A stretch of 63,535 nt of DNA, filler included, from Octopus bimaculoides (GCF_001194135.2; 7 parts of 7 records of this genome joined end to end with filler, not necessarily neighbours in it); one strand, 5' to 3'; positions 50,247 to 62,191 are shown, counted from the whole stretch's first letter. The notes: a model not told the origin generated them from the letters alone. Numbers and translations: made by a program.

Positions 50247-50474
50247 TTAATCCTTTAGTGTTCGCATTATTCTGCCAAAATTAATCCTCTTTTATTCATT
50301 GTTTTGAACTAATCCTGCATTATCTCGTAGCTATGAGATTTTGATGAGGTAGCTGTTTGTTTTTAAAACGATATTGTAGGGCTGGTGTGAGAGACCAGAT
50401 CTGGCCAGTTTGAACATAAAACAGGCAGAATACTTTTGGCTGGATATGGCCGGTTTAAATGCTAAAGGGGTTAA
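50247..50474 (+). mobile_element. piggyBac-type MITE with TTAA flanks
   Basis: TTAA-TCCTTTAG … AATGCTAAAGGGG-TTAA. Homologous to 14902-15116. Confidence 0.8.
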
Positions 50475-51088
50475 GAGCGAATTAGGGAACGTATATAAGG
50501 GAGAGAAAACTTGAGTGAGTGTAGGTGTGAGTGTGAGTGAAAGAAAAGGCGAACTTGGTGGTTGCTGAGTGAGGCAGACTAACTAGAGTTTTTTTAAGTA
50601 TTTCTCTGTTGTTAGGAAGAGTTTAAAAGGTGCGATGGATTAAGGCGGGATCCCTTCACAGATTTCATTCGTCTGACACAGGTTGAGGAAGGTTTTTCTT
50701 TAGGGAAACGATATAATTTCGCATATTTCATGTCTAGTTTTTTTTGTTTTCTTGGGAGAAATATTCCGTAGTGATGTCTATAATCCAGGTTGCTTTTTTA
50801 AGTAAACAGATTTCAAAAGGATCAACTGTGAGTATTCTCTCCTTTGGCACAAGGCACCACCCAACCATTTCGCCTGTTCCACTTTCGAGGAGGAAATAAG
50901 ACCGAAGAAGTAAAAAGAAAAATCCAGCCAAGGCCATCACCCGCCCTTCCAGATGACCAGTGCCCGAGACCGTTCCATTCCCGACCTGGTCTCCCGATCC
51001 ATGTCAGATTTAAGCATCATAGAGGCACCGGATGAACGAAACTCGGACACGATTGCTGCCCGCGACGACGATCTTATCTCAGGAAGGA

Positions 51089-51166
51089 TAGCCCTGGGGG
51101 TTACCCTTCCGCGAAAGATCGCCTAGCCCTGGGGGTCACCCTTCCGCCAAAGATCGCCTAGCCCTG
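51089..51166. repeat. 35-bp tandem duplication (2.2 copies)
   Basis: TAGCCCTGGGGGT(T/C)ACCCTTCCGC(G/C)AAAGATCGCC twice, plus TAGCCCTG. Confidence 0.9.
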
Positions 51167-51359
51167 TTGCTAGTTGTTAGGGTTAGATTTATTCACGTGA
51201 GAACATTACAGATCTTTGGTCCTTCTTCGGACTTTCTGGAAGTATCAGATGTCCTTCTAGAAGACGAGCCCATTCCGGCGGTAAAAGCTGGGATTGCGGT
51301 CTTCCTAATGAAAGCGGACCTCTTGGATGCGACCGTCCCATATGAAAGCGGGACTGCAA

Positions 51360-52200
51360 ATGAGGAAGGAGAAGAATGTAGTGAAAGAGAGAGAGTGGTA
51401 GTAATAAGTGTGTTTTAAGAGGAGGAGGAGGAGGCTTTGTTGAAAGGGAGAGAGAGAGAGAGGAGGACGAAGATGTAGTGTGAAAGAGGGAGTGAGGGTG
51501 AGAGTAAAAACGTTATAGGAGTGGTAGTAATAGATGTATTTTAAAAGGAGGAGGAGGTTTTGCTGGAAAGGAGAGAGAGAGGAAAGGGAGTGATAGTAAT
51601 AGATGTACTGTAAGAGGAAAAGGAGGAGGTTTTAGACGAGGGAGAGAGAGAAAGAGTAATGTGACAGGGAGGCAGGATGAGGAGAACGTTTTAAGGGAGT
51701 GATAGTAAGAGATATACTGTGAAAAGGGGAAAGATAGAGTGTTAGTCAGAGTGAGGGAGGGAGAATGCAAGAAGGAGTAAGATGCATAGTGAGAATATGA
51801 GGGTAGTATTGAAAAGAGTTGTAGAAAGAGGAAGTCATTGTGTGGGTGACATAGTAATAAGTGTTATTGCGAAAGGGGGAGGAAGGTATTAGTGGGAGAG
51901 AGGGACAGGCGAAATAGTCAGAGATATGAGAGAGGAAATAAGAGTTTATGAAAGAAGAGAGAGAGTGTGCCGGGGAGTGGCCGACGCTGTTAAAAAATGG
52001 GAGGGAGAGATAGATATTAAGGGAGTGGTAGTAATAGATGTAGTGTGAGAGAGTAAACGGGAGAGGAGGACACTGATAGTGAACGAGTAGACATTCTATG
52101 TGAGTGTGAGGGGAAGGAAGATGCTATGAGAGACTAAGTAAATGAGAAGGGGAGACGGACGGTTAGGTAGAAGTGGGAGGGGAAGCTATTAAGGAGGTAG
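51360..52200. repeat. Degenerate purine-rich minisatellite
   Basis: Recurring GGAGTG(G/A)TAGTAATAGATGTA…GAGGAGG…GAGAGAG units. Confidence 0.6.
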
Positions 52201-52249
52201 CTAAGCGTTTTAGTCGGGCCGGTGTTATAGCAGAATATTTACCCGGTGT

Positions 52250-52682
52250 ACCGCGCTACTGGGGTACAGATATACAAAGTCCAGTATACCCATCATAAGG
52301 GTACACCAGGCACAACCGCATGTGCAAGACATGGTGATCCTATATCAAAATAAACAGCGCATGACCTCACAGGTGGGGCCCAGTTAGAATTTTCTTCAGG
52401 TCAAATAGCCCATCCTGCTCAAAAGGTCCCTGAATAAGGGTTGTTTAAGGATGTTGAGCAAAACACCCGTGTTTCCAAAGGTGAATTACTCAAACCCCAA
52501 AGAATTCCTCTCAACACATGGCTATAGCGTCTCCCCACTACTTCTGCTCGTGATCAGAGATGCACATATCGTCAGCCACCAAGGGACATCCTCAACTTGC
52601 CCAAGGTGCCACACAGTGGGACTGAACCCGGAACCATGTGGTTGGTGAGCAAGCTACTTACCACACAGACACTCCTGCGCCT
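52250..52682 (-). mobile_element. SINE with family B head and a different body
   Basis: The right end CCAAGGTGCCACACAGTGGGACTGAACCCGGAACCATGTGGTTGG… is the reverse of the family B head. The body is unlike 18406-18845. Confidence 0.7.
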
Positions 52683-52730
52683 CATGTTTTTTTTTTTTCA
52701 GAGTCGTACATTCTCTATTTTATTTCAATT

Positions 52731-52766
<36 letters not shown>

Positions 52767-53064
52767 ACATACAAACACAAACATTTTAAGTAGAAGCAGC
52801 TGAGCGGGGGGGGGGGAGAAGAAAAAGAAGAAGAAGAAAGATGAGGACGAGGAGAAGATGAAGGCAGAGGAGAAGTAGGAGTAGGAAAAGAAGAAGGAAA
52901 AAGAGAAAGAAACTTACAGAAAAATGCAGGAGTGCTGTACCGAAGCAAATTGTTAATAAATTGTTCTTTAATAGCCAAATGACCTACAAGTGACATGTCG
53001 TGATCACCATAGCAGTAGTGGCTGGAAATGGTCTAAATTCTTGTATGGGTGTATACCCCCCACC

Positions 53065-53296
53065 GACTTTGTTGCCTCATAACTTCCGGAAAATGGATAC
53101 CTTTTAAGGAAACTTTCAAAAAATAATTGCTTAGATCTTGTAAATAGAATGTATGTAAGGATTTGCTGGGAAAAAAATGTTTCCGAGGGGTTGAAGAGAG
53201 GATTCTCACAACCCGACATTTCCCTTCCGTATAACTTTCATTTTTCGTTAAAAAAACGTCCATTTTTTCCTGGAAATTATATGAGGCAACAAAGTC
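53065..53296. repeat. Inverted repeat pair (probable MITE)
   Basis: GACTTTGTTGCCTCAT and ATGAGGCAACAAAGTC match perfectly over 16 bp, with further imperfect pairing inward. Confidence 0.7.
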
Positions 53297-53369
53297 AGTG
53301 TGTGTGTGTGTGTGTTGTAATGGGAGTAATACATCTGTAGTTTTGCCAATTTTTCTTTACTCGCTCGTT

Positions 53370-54340
53370 TTCGCAATGAAGTTTTCCAAGACGATGTCTA
53401 AATTCTTTTCAAAATTTTATGTTCATGCATTACAAGCACAATGTATCAGACGATGTTGCAGCATAACATTTAGCCCAGCTCAATGTTTTGGCAAAAGACA
53501 TCCTGAATAACTTTAGTTAGTGTCTCCAAAGTGTGGACATCCTCATTTTCAGAAACATACCAATAACTGATTCATGTTCTATTCCAGAGCAATCACATAT
53601 AATAGCAATAAACATGGAATTTTCAACCTTTTTTTTCCTGATCTCCTGCAGGGTGTTATGAGCATGTCTCTAGGATTTCATTTTGTATGGTATCAGATAG
53701 AAAATTATCTTGATGTTTGAGTCACTGACTTAACATCTGCACTACATTCTTCAGTGAATATTCTTTTACAAGGTTTTCAAAGTTTCCTGTGTCATATTCA
53801 TTCCTTTGTAATGCTAGACATTGCCTACCATAGAATCCCACTGCTTTGCAAAGTACTTCTAACGCTTGACAAGCTAGTTGTATAGTTGAATCAACTGCTT
53901 ATTTAAAATCAAAAATATGTCTGTATTTGGCCAAAAATACTGTGTTCATGAAGTGACTGGAACAGACTGTAATTTTGCCCCCGTTTTGTACCCCAGTCAA
54001 CAAGGCAGCTTCCTTAGTCATCATGATTCTGTTATGCCAAACTCCTTCCAGACAATACCAGCATCATGCTGAATATCATAATGAAGCCATGGCGCTTCCT
54101 TGAACCAGTCAGGGCAGCATCTTTGCAGTCTTTGGAAATTTGAATACCTTCCCTGGCACAGATTGTTTTTCTGGCATGCAAAATTTTGATGACACCTCTT
54201 CTCATGCTGGAAGCTGTTTATCCATTAATTTGTTCCACTGGATTGTCCAAAGGTTCTGCATTGTCTTGACATGATGCAGTTCTGAAGAAACCCTAAATTT
54301 TCCTCACTTTTGTTTCTGGAAAATTTGACATTGAACACAA
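53370..54340 (-). pseudogene. Decayed hAT transposase (ZMYM1/DUF4371-like, TTF-type zinc finger)
   Basis: RCCPDWFKEAPWLHYD, FYGRQCLALQRNE..GNFENL, LSDTIQNEIL and FIAIICD remnants, with many stops and frameshifts. Confidence 0.65.
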
Positions 54341-54439
54341 CTGAAAATGAAAAGGATAATTCAAGCAGATCGACAATTTCATATTTGAAAAACAAGGTTT
54401 CTCTTAATTATCTTTGATTAATTTATTAAAAAGTACTCA

Positions 54440-54570
54440 ACTGGTACTTGTATTATCGACCCCAAAAGGATGAAAGACAAAGTCGACCTTGGTGGAATTT
54501 GAACTCAGAACATAAAGACAAATAAAATAATGCTAATGCTAATGATTCTGCTAATTTGCTGCCTTTAATG
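54440..54570 (-). mobile_element. Family C SINE fragment
   Basis: CAACTGGTACTTG…ATCGACCCCAAAAGGATGAAAGACAAAGTCGACCTTGGTGGAATTTGAACTCAGAAC. Confidence 0.75.
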
Positions 54571-54704
54571 ATACAAAGTAAAAAAAGGAATAAAGACAAA
54601 AAGCTGGTGATTTTTTTTTTTTTATAAACTTATTTTTATTTCAGTAAAATTTCATTACGATATTTAAAAGTCACAGAATCATAGCTTTTTCATAAAGAAT
54701 AGTA

Positions 54705-55255
54705 AATAAAAAAAAGTTATATAGAGGCCATAGGTTTGGCATAGTGGGAATGAAGGATTTGGACCTTACTGTTCCTGGTTTCCAGCCAGAGTTCTATGTC
54801 TAAGACCGGTAGCCTATAGGTAGGGTCCTTGCTAGGGTAACCTACTGTTACTTTAATACTCTGGTGGATGGAGTTGGCTATTTACTGGACACGCTCCATA
54901 GTGCCAGCTTCGAGTTCATTGACATTGTCTTGTGGGGGGTGCTTTGGCCACTATGTCGATATCATCCACATAGCGGGAGTACATAGCGTTATGGAGCTTT
55001 CTGCTACCCCACCATACCATAAATAGGTTAGCCACAGCGCTAGCAAAACTGTCACCAGTGGCTGCACCTTCTTCTTATTAAACTAGAATATGTGGCACTT
55101 AAGTGTGACACTGCTACTCATACCCACTGCATGTGTGACCATTTTTCTAACCTGATTATAGTTGACAGGAGTCCATATAGCTCTAGTCCACCTCTCTAAA
55201 GATCTTCTTGGCCATTGAAGTTATAATAGGGGATCAACCTCTTACTGATCTAGTG
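54705..55255 (-). mobile_element. Penelope-like element reverse transcriptase fragment
   Basis: EEGAATGDSFASAVANLFMVWW…YSRYVDDI (YVDD at 54961-54972)…SIHQSIKVTVGYPS…RLPVLDIELW…HYAKPMAS, with one stop in the core. Confidence 0.8.
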
Positions 55256-55264
55256 GGGCAGAAA

Positions 55265-56463
55265 CATCATCATTGTCGTTTAATGTCCACTTTCCATGCT
55301 AGCATGGGTTGGATGATTTGACTAAGGACTGGGGAACCAGATGGCTACACCAGGCTCCAATCTAATTTGGCAGAGTTTCTACAGTTGGATGCCTTTCCTA
55401 ACGCCAACCCCTCCAAGAGTGTAGTGGGTGCTTCTACGTTCCACCTGCACGAGGGCCAGTCAGGCGGTACTGGCAACGGCCACGCTCGAAATGGTGTTTT
55501 TTACGTGCCACCTGCACAGGAGCCAGTCCAGGGGCACTGGCAACGATCTCGCTCAAAATGGTGCATTTCATGTGTCACCCGCACAAGAGCCAGTCCAAGG
55601 GCACCGGCAACGATCTCGCTCGAAAAATTTCATGTGTCACCCGCACAAGAGCCAGCCCAGGGGCACTGGCAACGGTCTCGCTCAAAATGGTGCATTTCAT
55701 GTGTCACCCGCACAAGAGCCAGTCCAAGGGCNNNNNNNNNNNNNNNNNNNNNNNNNNNNNNNNNNNNNNNNNNNNNNNNNNNNNNNNNNNNNNNNNNNNN
55801 NNNNNNNNNNNNNNNNNNNNNNNNNNNNNNNNNNNNNNNNNNNNNNNNNNNNNNNNNNNNNNNNNNNNNNNNNNNNNNNNNNNNNNNNNNNNNNNNNNNN
55901 NNNNNNNNNNNNNNNNNNNNNNNNNNNNNNNNNNNNNNNNNNNNNNNNNNNNNNNNNNNNNNNNNNNNNNNNNNNNNNNNNNNNNNNNNNNNNNNNNNNN
56001 NNNNNNNNNNNNNNNNNNNNNNNNNNNNNNNNNNNNNNNNNNNNNNNNNNNNNNNNNNNNNNNNNNNNNNNNNNNNNNNNNNNNNNNNNNNNNNNNNNNN
56101 NNNNNNNNNNNNNNNNNNNNNNNNNNNNNNNNNNNNNNNNNNNNNNNNNNNNNNNNNNNNNNNNNNNNNNNNNNNNNNNNNNNNNNNNNNNNNNNNNNNN
56201 NNNNNNNNNNNNNNNNNNNNNNNTGCACGAGGGCCAGTCAGGCGGTACTGGCAACGGCCACGCTCGAAATGGTGTTTTTTACGTGCCACCTGCACAGGAG
56301 CCAGTCCAGGGGCACTGGCAACGATCTCGCTCAAAATGGTGCATTTCATGTGTCACCCGCACAAGAGCCAGTCCAAGGGCACCGGCAACGATCTCGCTCG
56401 AAAAATTTCATGTGTCACCCGCACAAGAGCCAGCCCAGGGGCACTGGCAACGGTCTCGCTCAA
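55265..56463 (-). mobile_element. Family A retroposon with an expanded internal VNTR (62-67 bp units) spanning a gap
   Basis: Tail at 55265-55430. Units start at 55505, 55572, 55634 and 55701. 55446-55685 is repeated apparently identically at 56224-56463. Confidence 0.85.
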
Positions 56464-56501
56464 TAATCTTACAATGTGAGATATTCAGTAACAGTACTTT
56501 G

Positions 56502-56609
56502 TAGTAAAGATTGTTTGCCAACATAACATGGCAGTCCTGGTTTAGGACGAATGTTGCTGAAATTTAGCCCCAGTAGACATCATCTCTAGCTGGCAAACAA
56601 TCTTTACTA
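56502..56609. mobile_element. 108-bp MITE with TA termini (Tc1/mariner-type)
   Basis: TAGTAAAGATTGTTTGCCA and TGGCAAACAATCTTTACTA form a perfect 19-bp inverted repeat. Confidence 0.8.
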
Positions 56610-57394
56610 TGATTGTGGTGAAGTTGGTTACACAGTTCATTCTTGAAAACGTAAGAAAGTGTTTGGATATTCTGGTTATATATGATTTAAAGAAATACAT
56701 TCAATATTTATCTAAGAAAAACAAGAAAAAAAGCGCAAAACATAGCATTCTTATGCCTGTGGTGGATTCTGGTATTTCTTATGAGATTGCCACTTGATGA
56801 AACGGGTCCTGATCCAAATGTAAGGACGCCATTCGAATTTGACAGAAAAGGCTATGAAAAGGATGACTAGAAGGCCGAGTATGGAAATGAGGAGTATGGC
56901 AGAGATGGATATTCTGGTTATATATGATTTAAAGAAATACATTCAATATTTATCTAAGAAAAACAAGAAAAAAAGCGCAANNNNNNNNNNNNNNNNNNNN
57001 NNNNNNNNNNNNNNNNNNNNNNNNTTAATTAATTAANNNNNNNNNNNNNNNNNNNNNNNNNNNNNNNNNNNNNNNNNNNNCACACACACACACACACACA
57101 CACCCCAATACCGATTATCAAGCGGTAATGGGGAATAAAACACATGCAAAAACATATGCAAACGACGGGCTTCTTTTAGTTTCCGTTTACTAAATCCACT
57201 CAGAAGGCTTTGGCCTGCCTGAGACACTTGCCCAAGGTATCACACAGTGGGACTGAACCTAGAACCATGTGGCTGGAAAGCAAACTTTATTTTCTAGAAG
57301 TTTGGTTACCGACTGTGACGCCTCGTTTTAAGCCACAACGCTATTCTATCCAAGATGTCCTTTTTTTTTAACATTAGCAAAACTATCAAATAGA

Positions 57395-57755
57395 TTAAAA
57401 GCTTTTGAGATGTGGGTGTATAGAATACTTTTGAGAATATCCTGGACAGAACACAAATCAATGAGGCACTAAAAATGATAAAAACTAAGAATATTTTTTA
57501 GTTTTATTAGATGCCAAGATAGAAAATAAAAATAGTTTGGACACTTCGAAAAAATGGATTAAACAGACTTGATAGAAGGCAAAACTGAATGGGGAGAGAG
57601 GAAGAAGGAAACCAAGAATTGCGTAGCTGAATAATATGAAGAATTAGACAGACTTGAAATACAGTGAATCTATAAATGACAGCACAAAAAAAATAATAAG
57701 ACCAAAATGGTGATCCATGGTATTCAAACAAATGAAAGCAGACGATATCTAATGA
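57395..57755 (+). mobile_element. Decayed RTE LINE 3' fragment
   Basis: RLKAFEMWVYRILLRISWTEHK…LIEGKLNGERGRRKPR remnants. Confidence 0.7.
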
Positions 57756-57831
57756 TCAGTTTATTGGTAGCAGTGATAATGTCGATTTAGTTTAGAAGTG
57801 GTAATGTATTTTCTATATGCGGTAATTTGGC

Positions 57832-57990
57832 AATCGCTAGTGCTGGACACAATGCCTTGCGGTGTTTATTCCATTCTTATACATTTAATTCGAATTCTGC
57901 CGAGGTCGATTTTTTTCTTTCCATCCTTTCGGGGGTCGATGAATAAAAACGCCAATCCAGGAGAATAGATTGGTGAAGTTGTTACAGCGT
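57832..57990 (+). mobile_element. Family C SINE (degenerate)
   Basis: GCAATCGCTAG…GAATTCTGCCGAGGTCGAT…CATCCTTTCGGGGGTCGATGAAT. Confidence 0.65.
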
Positions 57991-58084
57991 CGTTGGACGA
58001 AATATCTTAATGCGTCTGTTTCTGAGATAGTAACAGGAGTGAATTCAAAGACAGTATTCACTGAGGTCAAAATCCATCCTGTCG

Positions 58085-58420
58085 TCCATTTTCTTCGCCC
58101 ACTATTCTTAGGAGGGTCGTGGGGGTAGAATCCCCAGGCCCTTCCTCCATAGGGTCCAATCAGAAGCAACAGTCATTACGTTTTCCGGCTGGATTCCCAA
58201 GTGTGACCAACTGAGACTGGATATTATCCAACCATCTCGTTCTTGGTCTCCCGCCGGTTGGCTCGGCTTGATGGATCCACCTTGCGGTTCTTTTCTGGGA
58301 CATTCGAACCACATGTCCGTTGTACGGGGAGCTGTTACTTCTCGCTATGGAGAAGTAGCGGCTCAGACAGGAGAGGCTCTCTGATCTCCGAGCTATGCGC
58401 CCTGTGAGACGGGTCTATGA
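58085..58420 (-). mobile_element. RTE LINE 3' fragment
   Basis: GHVVRMSQKRTARWIHQAEPTGGRPRTRWLDNIQ…VMTVASDWTLWRK. Confidence 0.7.
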
Positions 58421-58894
58421 TGAATCTATTAAAAAAAACGGGCATAGAAAACGATAGTATACGAAAAATATCATGAAGCATCCCAATAGGTGCAGTGGCA
58501 GCTACCAATGGCCAGTCAAGGTTGTTAGTAGCGCAGCAAAGAGATGCGAGGGGCGATCTGCCCTGGACGACGTTTTGGTGAAGGCGGCACTTTTGGCTTT
58601 GCCGTTTAATCCTTTATAGGCCCTCGGGAGTAGAGCAGCCAACTCAAGGGTTACCTTGGATGGTACACCCTCTAGCTATGTCCTCGAAGATATGTCGTTG
58701 AAGATACACACGCACGCACATATACACTGTAACACACGCACGCACATGTACACTGTAACACACACATTCACGCACATGTACACTGTAACACACACATTCA
58801 CGCATATATAAACACTCACACACATACGCGCGCACGCTTTCATGCACGCATGCACTCTCTCTCACATGCGCACGCACTCTCACACGCACGCAGG

Positions 58895-58996
58895 CACGCT
58901 CCCTCTCTTTCTCACGCTCCCTCTCTTTCTCACGCTCCCTCTCTTTCTCACGCTCCCTCTCTTTCTCACGCTCCCTCTCTTTCTCACGCTCCCTCT
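58895..58996. repeat. 18-bp tandem repeat (CACGCTCCCTCTCTTTCT)n; a 10-bp-based array continues at 59559-59650
   Basis: About 5.5 exact units running into a gap. Confidence 0.9.
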
Positions 58997-60509
58997 NNNN
59001 NNNNNNNNNNNNNNNNNNNNNNNNNNNNNNNNNNNNNNNNNNNNNNNNNNNNNNNNNNNNNNNNNNNNNNNNNNNNNNNNNNNNNNNNNNNNNNNNNNNN
59101 NNNNNNNNNNNNNNNNNNNNNNNNNNNNNNNNNNNNNNNNNNNNNNNNNNNNNNNNNNNNNNNNNNNNNNNNNNNNNNNNNNNNNNNNNNNNNNNNNNNN
59201 NNNNNNNNNNNNNNNNNNNNNNNNNNNNNNNNNNNNNNNNNNNNNNNNNNNNNNNNNNNNNNNNNNNNNNNNNNNNNNNNNNNNNNNNNNNNNNNNNNNN
59301 NNNNNNNNNNNNNNNNNNNNNNNNNNNNNNNNNNNNNNNNNNNNNNNNNNNNNNNNNNNNNNNNNNNNNNNNNNNNNNNNNNNNNNNNNNNNNNNNNNNN
59401 NNNNNNNNNNNNNNNNNNNNNNNNNNNNNNNNNNNNNNNNNNNNNNNNNNNNNNNNNNNNNNNNNNNNNNNNNNNNNNNNNNNNNNNNNNNNNNNNNNNN
59501 NNNNNNNNNNNNNNNNNNNNNNNNNNNNNNNNNNNNNNNNNNNNNNNNNNNNNNNNNNACACTCTCGCACACTCTCGCACACTCTAACACACTCTCGCAC
59601 ACTCTCGCACACTCTCACACACTCTCGCACACTCTAACACACTCTAACACGCACGCACACTCTCTCTCGCTCTCACTCCAATTGTAGTAAAATCCACTCC
59701 CGTACATACAAGTGTGTGCGTGCGGGTAAGCAAGCAAGCATTGTGAATCTAGTTAGCAGATCTGACACTCGTGTCTCATCTGAGAAACTCACTGCTGTCA
59801 TCTTACGTACATGAATTTAAATATAGAATACAATTAGATTTCGATAGCCGTCACTCCCGTGTGTGTGTGTGTGTGAGAGAGAATGTGCATATGTGAATAC
59901 CTGTACATCCACGTGCACGTTTCTGTTGGCGTGTGTGTATATTTGTATAAGTCTGTATGAACATTTGTTAGTGACCATGTTTGTGGATGTACCTTTGTAT
60001 GTTTACGTATGTGCTTGTCCCCGTGTGTATATATGTGTGTATAGAGACGAAGCATTCTCCAATGGCAGTTTGTTAGAATTCCAAGCAATGGGGTAAAATC
60101 CAACGCTGTATTAAACAATAGAAACGATACAAATGGAAAGCCACGTGATCGTGTGCACATAAGCGCAAAATTGACAAGGAAACAATACGTAAGACTAGCT
60201 AAAAAAAAAACACAGTCTATAATTATTCGGTTCGTGATTAAGCTCTTTAGAAACAGGGGAAAGGAAAGTATTGAGAATGTAGTTAAAATTACGAATCCGT
60301 TTACAGCAAACCCTGATGGAAATGACCGGAAGTTAGGTGGAAAGAAAAAAAGGTTTCGTGCACGCAAGAGCGACAGAGATAGGAAATAGAAGCGAACCGT
60401 GTGAGTGTTTGTCCATTGGGTGAATGTGTACGCGGTTTGTGTGTGTGTTGGTGACTTTCTTTGTGATTCTTAATGTGTGTATGGAATTGTTTTACAAGCT
60501 ATGGATGTT

Positions 60510-60904
60510 TGTGACACGTTTTATCGCCTGTTTCGGTCATTAGACTGCGGTCATGCTGGGGCACCGGCCTGAAGAATTTGTAGTCGAATGAATCGACCCT
60601 AGTGCTTATTTTTATTTTTGAAACCTGTTAATGATTCTATCGTTCGCTTTTGTCGAACTGCTACGTTATGGGGATGCAGATACACCAACACCGGTTGTGA
60701 AGCGATGGTAGACACATACACACACACACACATACACACACACACACATACACACACACACATACACGACGAATCTGTTCACCGAATCTGTTCTCAAGAC
60801 TTTAGTCGGCCCGAAGCTACAGAAGACAATTGTTCAAGGTGCCACGCAGTGAGACTGAACCCAGGACCATGTGGTTGGGAAGTAAACTTCTCACACCTGC
60901 ACCT

Positions 60905-60905
<1 letters not shown>
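60510..60905 (-). mobile_element. Family B SINE, diverged, near full length
   Basis: Tail TTTCGGTCATTAGACTGCGGTCATGCTGG, internal (CA)n, head AAGGTGCCACGCAGTGAGACTGAACCCAGGACCATGTGGTTGGGAAG. Confidence 0.75.
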
Positions 60906-60949
<44 letters not shown>

Positions 60950-61855
60950 GTGTATTAAATTTTTAGGTTCGTGTGGGTTTGGTAATTGAAGCCATGGGGA
61001 ATGAACTCTCGTTGAAGACAAGTCTCGCTAACGAGGGATAAGGGCAAGATAGGCAGTTTGAAGAGATTCACAAAGGGAAAAATTGCGCAAGGCTGGAGTG
61101 TTTGCCGATTCGGGGACGCCCTTTTCTAAGTCGAGGGGTTCCTTTGCTGAGTCGAGGGAGAAACGTCTTTGCCGAGTCAAGCGGAGAAGGAGGTCTTTTC
61201 TGAGACTGATATCTCCAAGATTTTCAATGAAACAGTCGACCGTATGCACCCGACTACAGCGCCGTCTTCCACGGCTGAAACCAACGCCCAAACTACCAGA
61301 ATTGCTTCGGGGCTCGGTGCCTTCGACCACTTTGCCAACATTTATGCTATAAATTTAACTGCTTCAACTTCCGGAAGCGTTACAGTTTTTTAATATTATT
61401 TGGTCTGAGGTCTCTGCTCTTTGTAAGCCTCAGATTTCGTGATGAACTCCTCGGTAAAACCGACTGACAAGAGTGGAGCCGTAATGGCACGGGGCACTGA
61501 CCTTTGTAAAAGTGTTCATGCAAATGCTTATGGATGCTTATACATAGGAATGTATATACGAATGTGTGAAGGTATAAGAATGTGTGTGTGTAGGAACGTG
61601 GACGTCTATGAGTAGATGTGAATGTGTGCGTGCTTGCCTATGTATGATTATGTATGCACGTATGTGTACGAACATGTACTTGTGTGTGTATACACACATA
61701 CACTTACATGTATGTATGTATGTAATTTTTTTTTTAATGTGTCCCAAAATACTACGAGTTTATCTTCCCAACTGTCAGTGAAAATCCTATTTTTAAAGCT
61801 GATAACACCGCCTCCATGTCTCGCCTTCTCACAACACCACCACAACCCAGCGACT

Positions 61856-62008
61856 CCGCCATTTCCGGCTGACCACCGTCCTACTGGTGCCGATATTATT
61901 GGGGAAAGATGAAGGCAAGATGGCCGTCTTTCCCATTGTGTTATTAACGCGTTTGTAACTGTGTGACGTCACTGCTTCCACGTGGTTGACTTAAATTAGA
62001 AAGATTGG
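61856..62008. promoter_or_regulatory. Promoter-like motif cluster (YY1 x2, ETS, CRE, E-box, CCAAT)
   Basis: CCGCCATTT 61856-61864 overlapping TTCCGG 61863-61868; AAGATGGCCG 61917-61926; TGACGTCA 61964-61971; CACGTG 61979-61984; ATTGG 62004-62008. All lie in CpG-containing unique sequence. Confidence 0.45.
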
Positions 62009-62151
62009 TCTGCTACGGAATTATTTTAATACTCGTTGGTAGGGACGGCCATCATAATCTGTCATTGTCTCTTTCTCTCCCTCCTTTCTTTCTACCTCGC
62101 TCTTAATCTTTCTCTCATTTTTACGTTCTCTCTCTCTCTTTCTCTTTCTCT

Positions 62152-62191
<40 letters not shown>

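Noticed and set aside
55367-56504. Three overlapping long ORFs and a CRISPR-like look
   Set aside because: These are tandem near-identical retroposon units plus a gap, with no unique spacers or cas genes.
58420-58690. Possible HDV-like ribozyme at an RTE 5' end (includes hairpin AGGGTGTACC…GGTAACCCT)
   Set aside because: The nested double pseudoknot could not be built by eye; it would need an RNArobo or Infernal search.
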